Shown: piece by piece, positions 63,843 through 64,000 of the stretch
How the letters are laid out: the number at the start of each line of letters is the position of its first letter
Position numbering within the stretch: the first letter of the stretch is position 1
NCBI GenBank assembly: GCA_034433515.1
Contig: DAOUAL010000004.1
Location: forward strand, 48,697 to 112,696
DNA: 64,000 nucleotides
From: Anaerolineae bacterium
GTDB taxonomy: Bacteria > Chloroflexota > Anaerolineae > UBA4142
Direction of reading: 5' to 3'
Translations under genes and position numbers: made by a program
The notes under the pieces: model-generated
Told to the model about the DNA's origin: nothing
Seen by the model: only the letters and a program-made list of their open reading frames with translations
Databases searched by the model: none

Positions 63843-64000
63843 GGCAATCGCTCCGGTATTTGCGGGATCGGTTTGTCGCTGATGAACAGCAACGCGCTGT
63901 CGTGTGGCGTGAGTGTCACCGAAACCCTTGAGGTTTCTAAAACCTCAAGGGTTTGCTTTGTCCAATCGTACACGTACCGCGCGTTTGCAATGCCCAGCGC
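63839..64000 (-). CDS. 3' end of a gene truncated by the window edge (product unknown)
   Basis: Open frame ALGIANARYVYDWTKQTLEVLETSRVSVTLTPHDSALLFISDKPIPQIPERLP*; its stop overlaps the next start (TTGA). Confidence 0.65.
   Translation of the reverse strand, partial: ALGIANARYVYDWTKQTLEVLETSRVSVTLTPHDSALLFISDKPIPQIPERLP
63922..63954. repeat. REP-like perfect palindrome inside a CDS
   Basis: AAACCCTTGAGGTTT-CTA-AAACCTCAAGGGTTT. Confidence 0.75.

Noticed and set aside
1-64000. DGR template repeat or reverse transcriptase for the TIR-CLec gene
   Set aside because: By eye I found no AAC-rich second copy of 45721-45840 and no RT (YxDD) ORF. The DGR claim therefore rests on the VR signature alone.

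Overview
Gene-dense, moderately GC-rich bacterial chromosomal window. Gene families and repeat styles suggest a Chloroflexota (Anaerolineae-like) host; this is inference, not a database result. Left to right: a DNA-repair cluster (nfo, a TaqI-like nuclease, HerA ATPase, Mre11/SbcD nuclease); housekeeping genes (rlmE, tag, yvcK, gap, pgk, rph); two small genes missing from the ORF track (tatA and ribosomal protein Thx); a 1615-aa repeat-rich double-glycoside-hydrolase-like protein; tRNA-Thr(CGT); an orphan ParA with a membrane-anchored partner; two Tat-exported 4Fe-4S/NrfD modules with no catalytic subunit, each followed by a NarL-type two-component system (one kinase has an extracytoplasmic CxxCH); a TIR-CLec(FGE) gene whose 3' end has the hallmarks of a diversity-generating-retroelement variable region, next to a RAYT transposase and REPs; trxB-rsmE-prmA-dnaJ; a DtxR/FeoA/split-FeoB metal-uptake locus; galU plus a glucuronokinase-like kinase; an OmpR-type regulon with matching operator repeats; and a GH13_18 phosphorylase. 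Non-coding DNA contains two MITE families (two copies each; one has fully compensatory hairpins and sits just upstream of -35 boxes), several REP families, and many inverted heptamer-repeat arrays that contribute to promoters, leaders and protein ends. No CRISPR array or rRNA was seen. All product calls come from motif recognition by eye; no searches were run.
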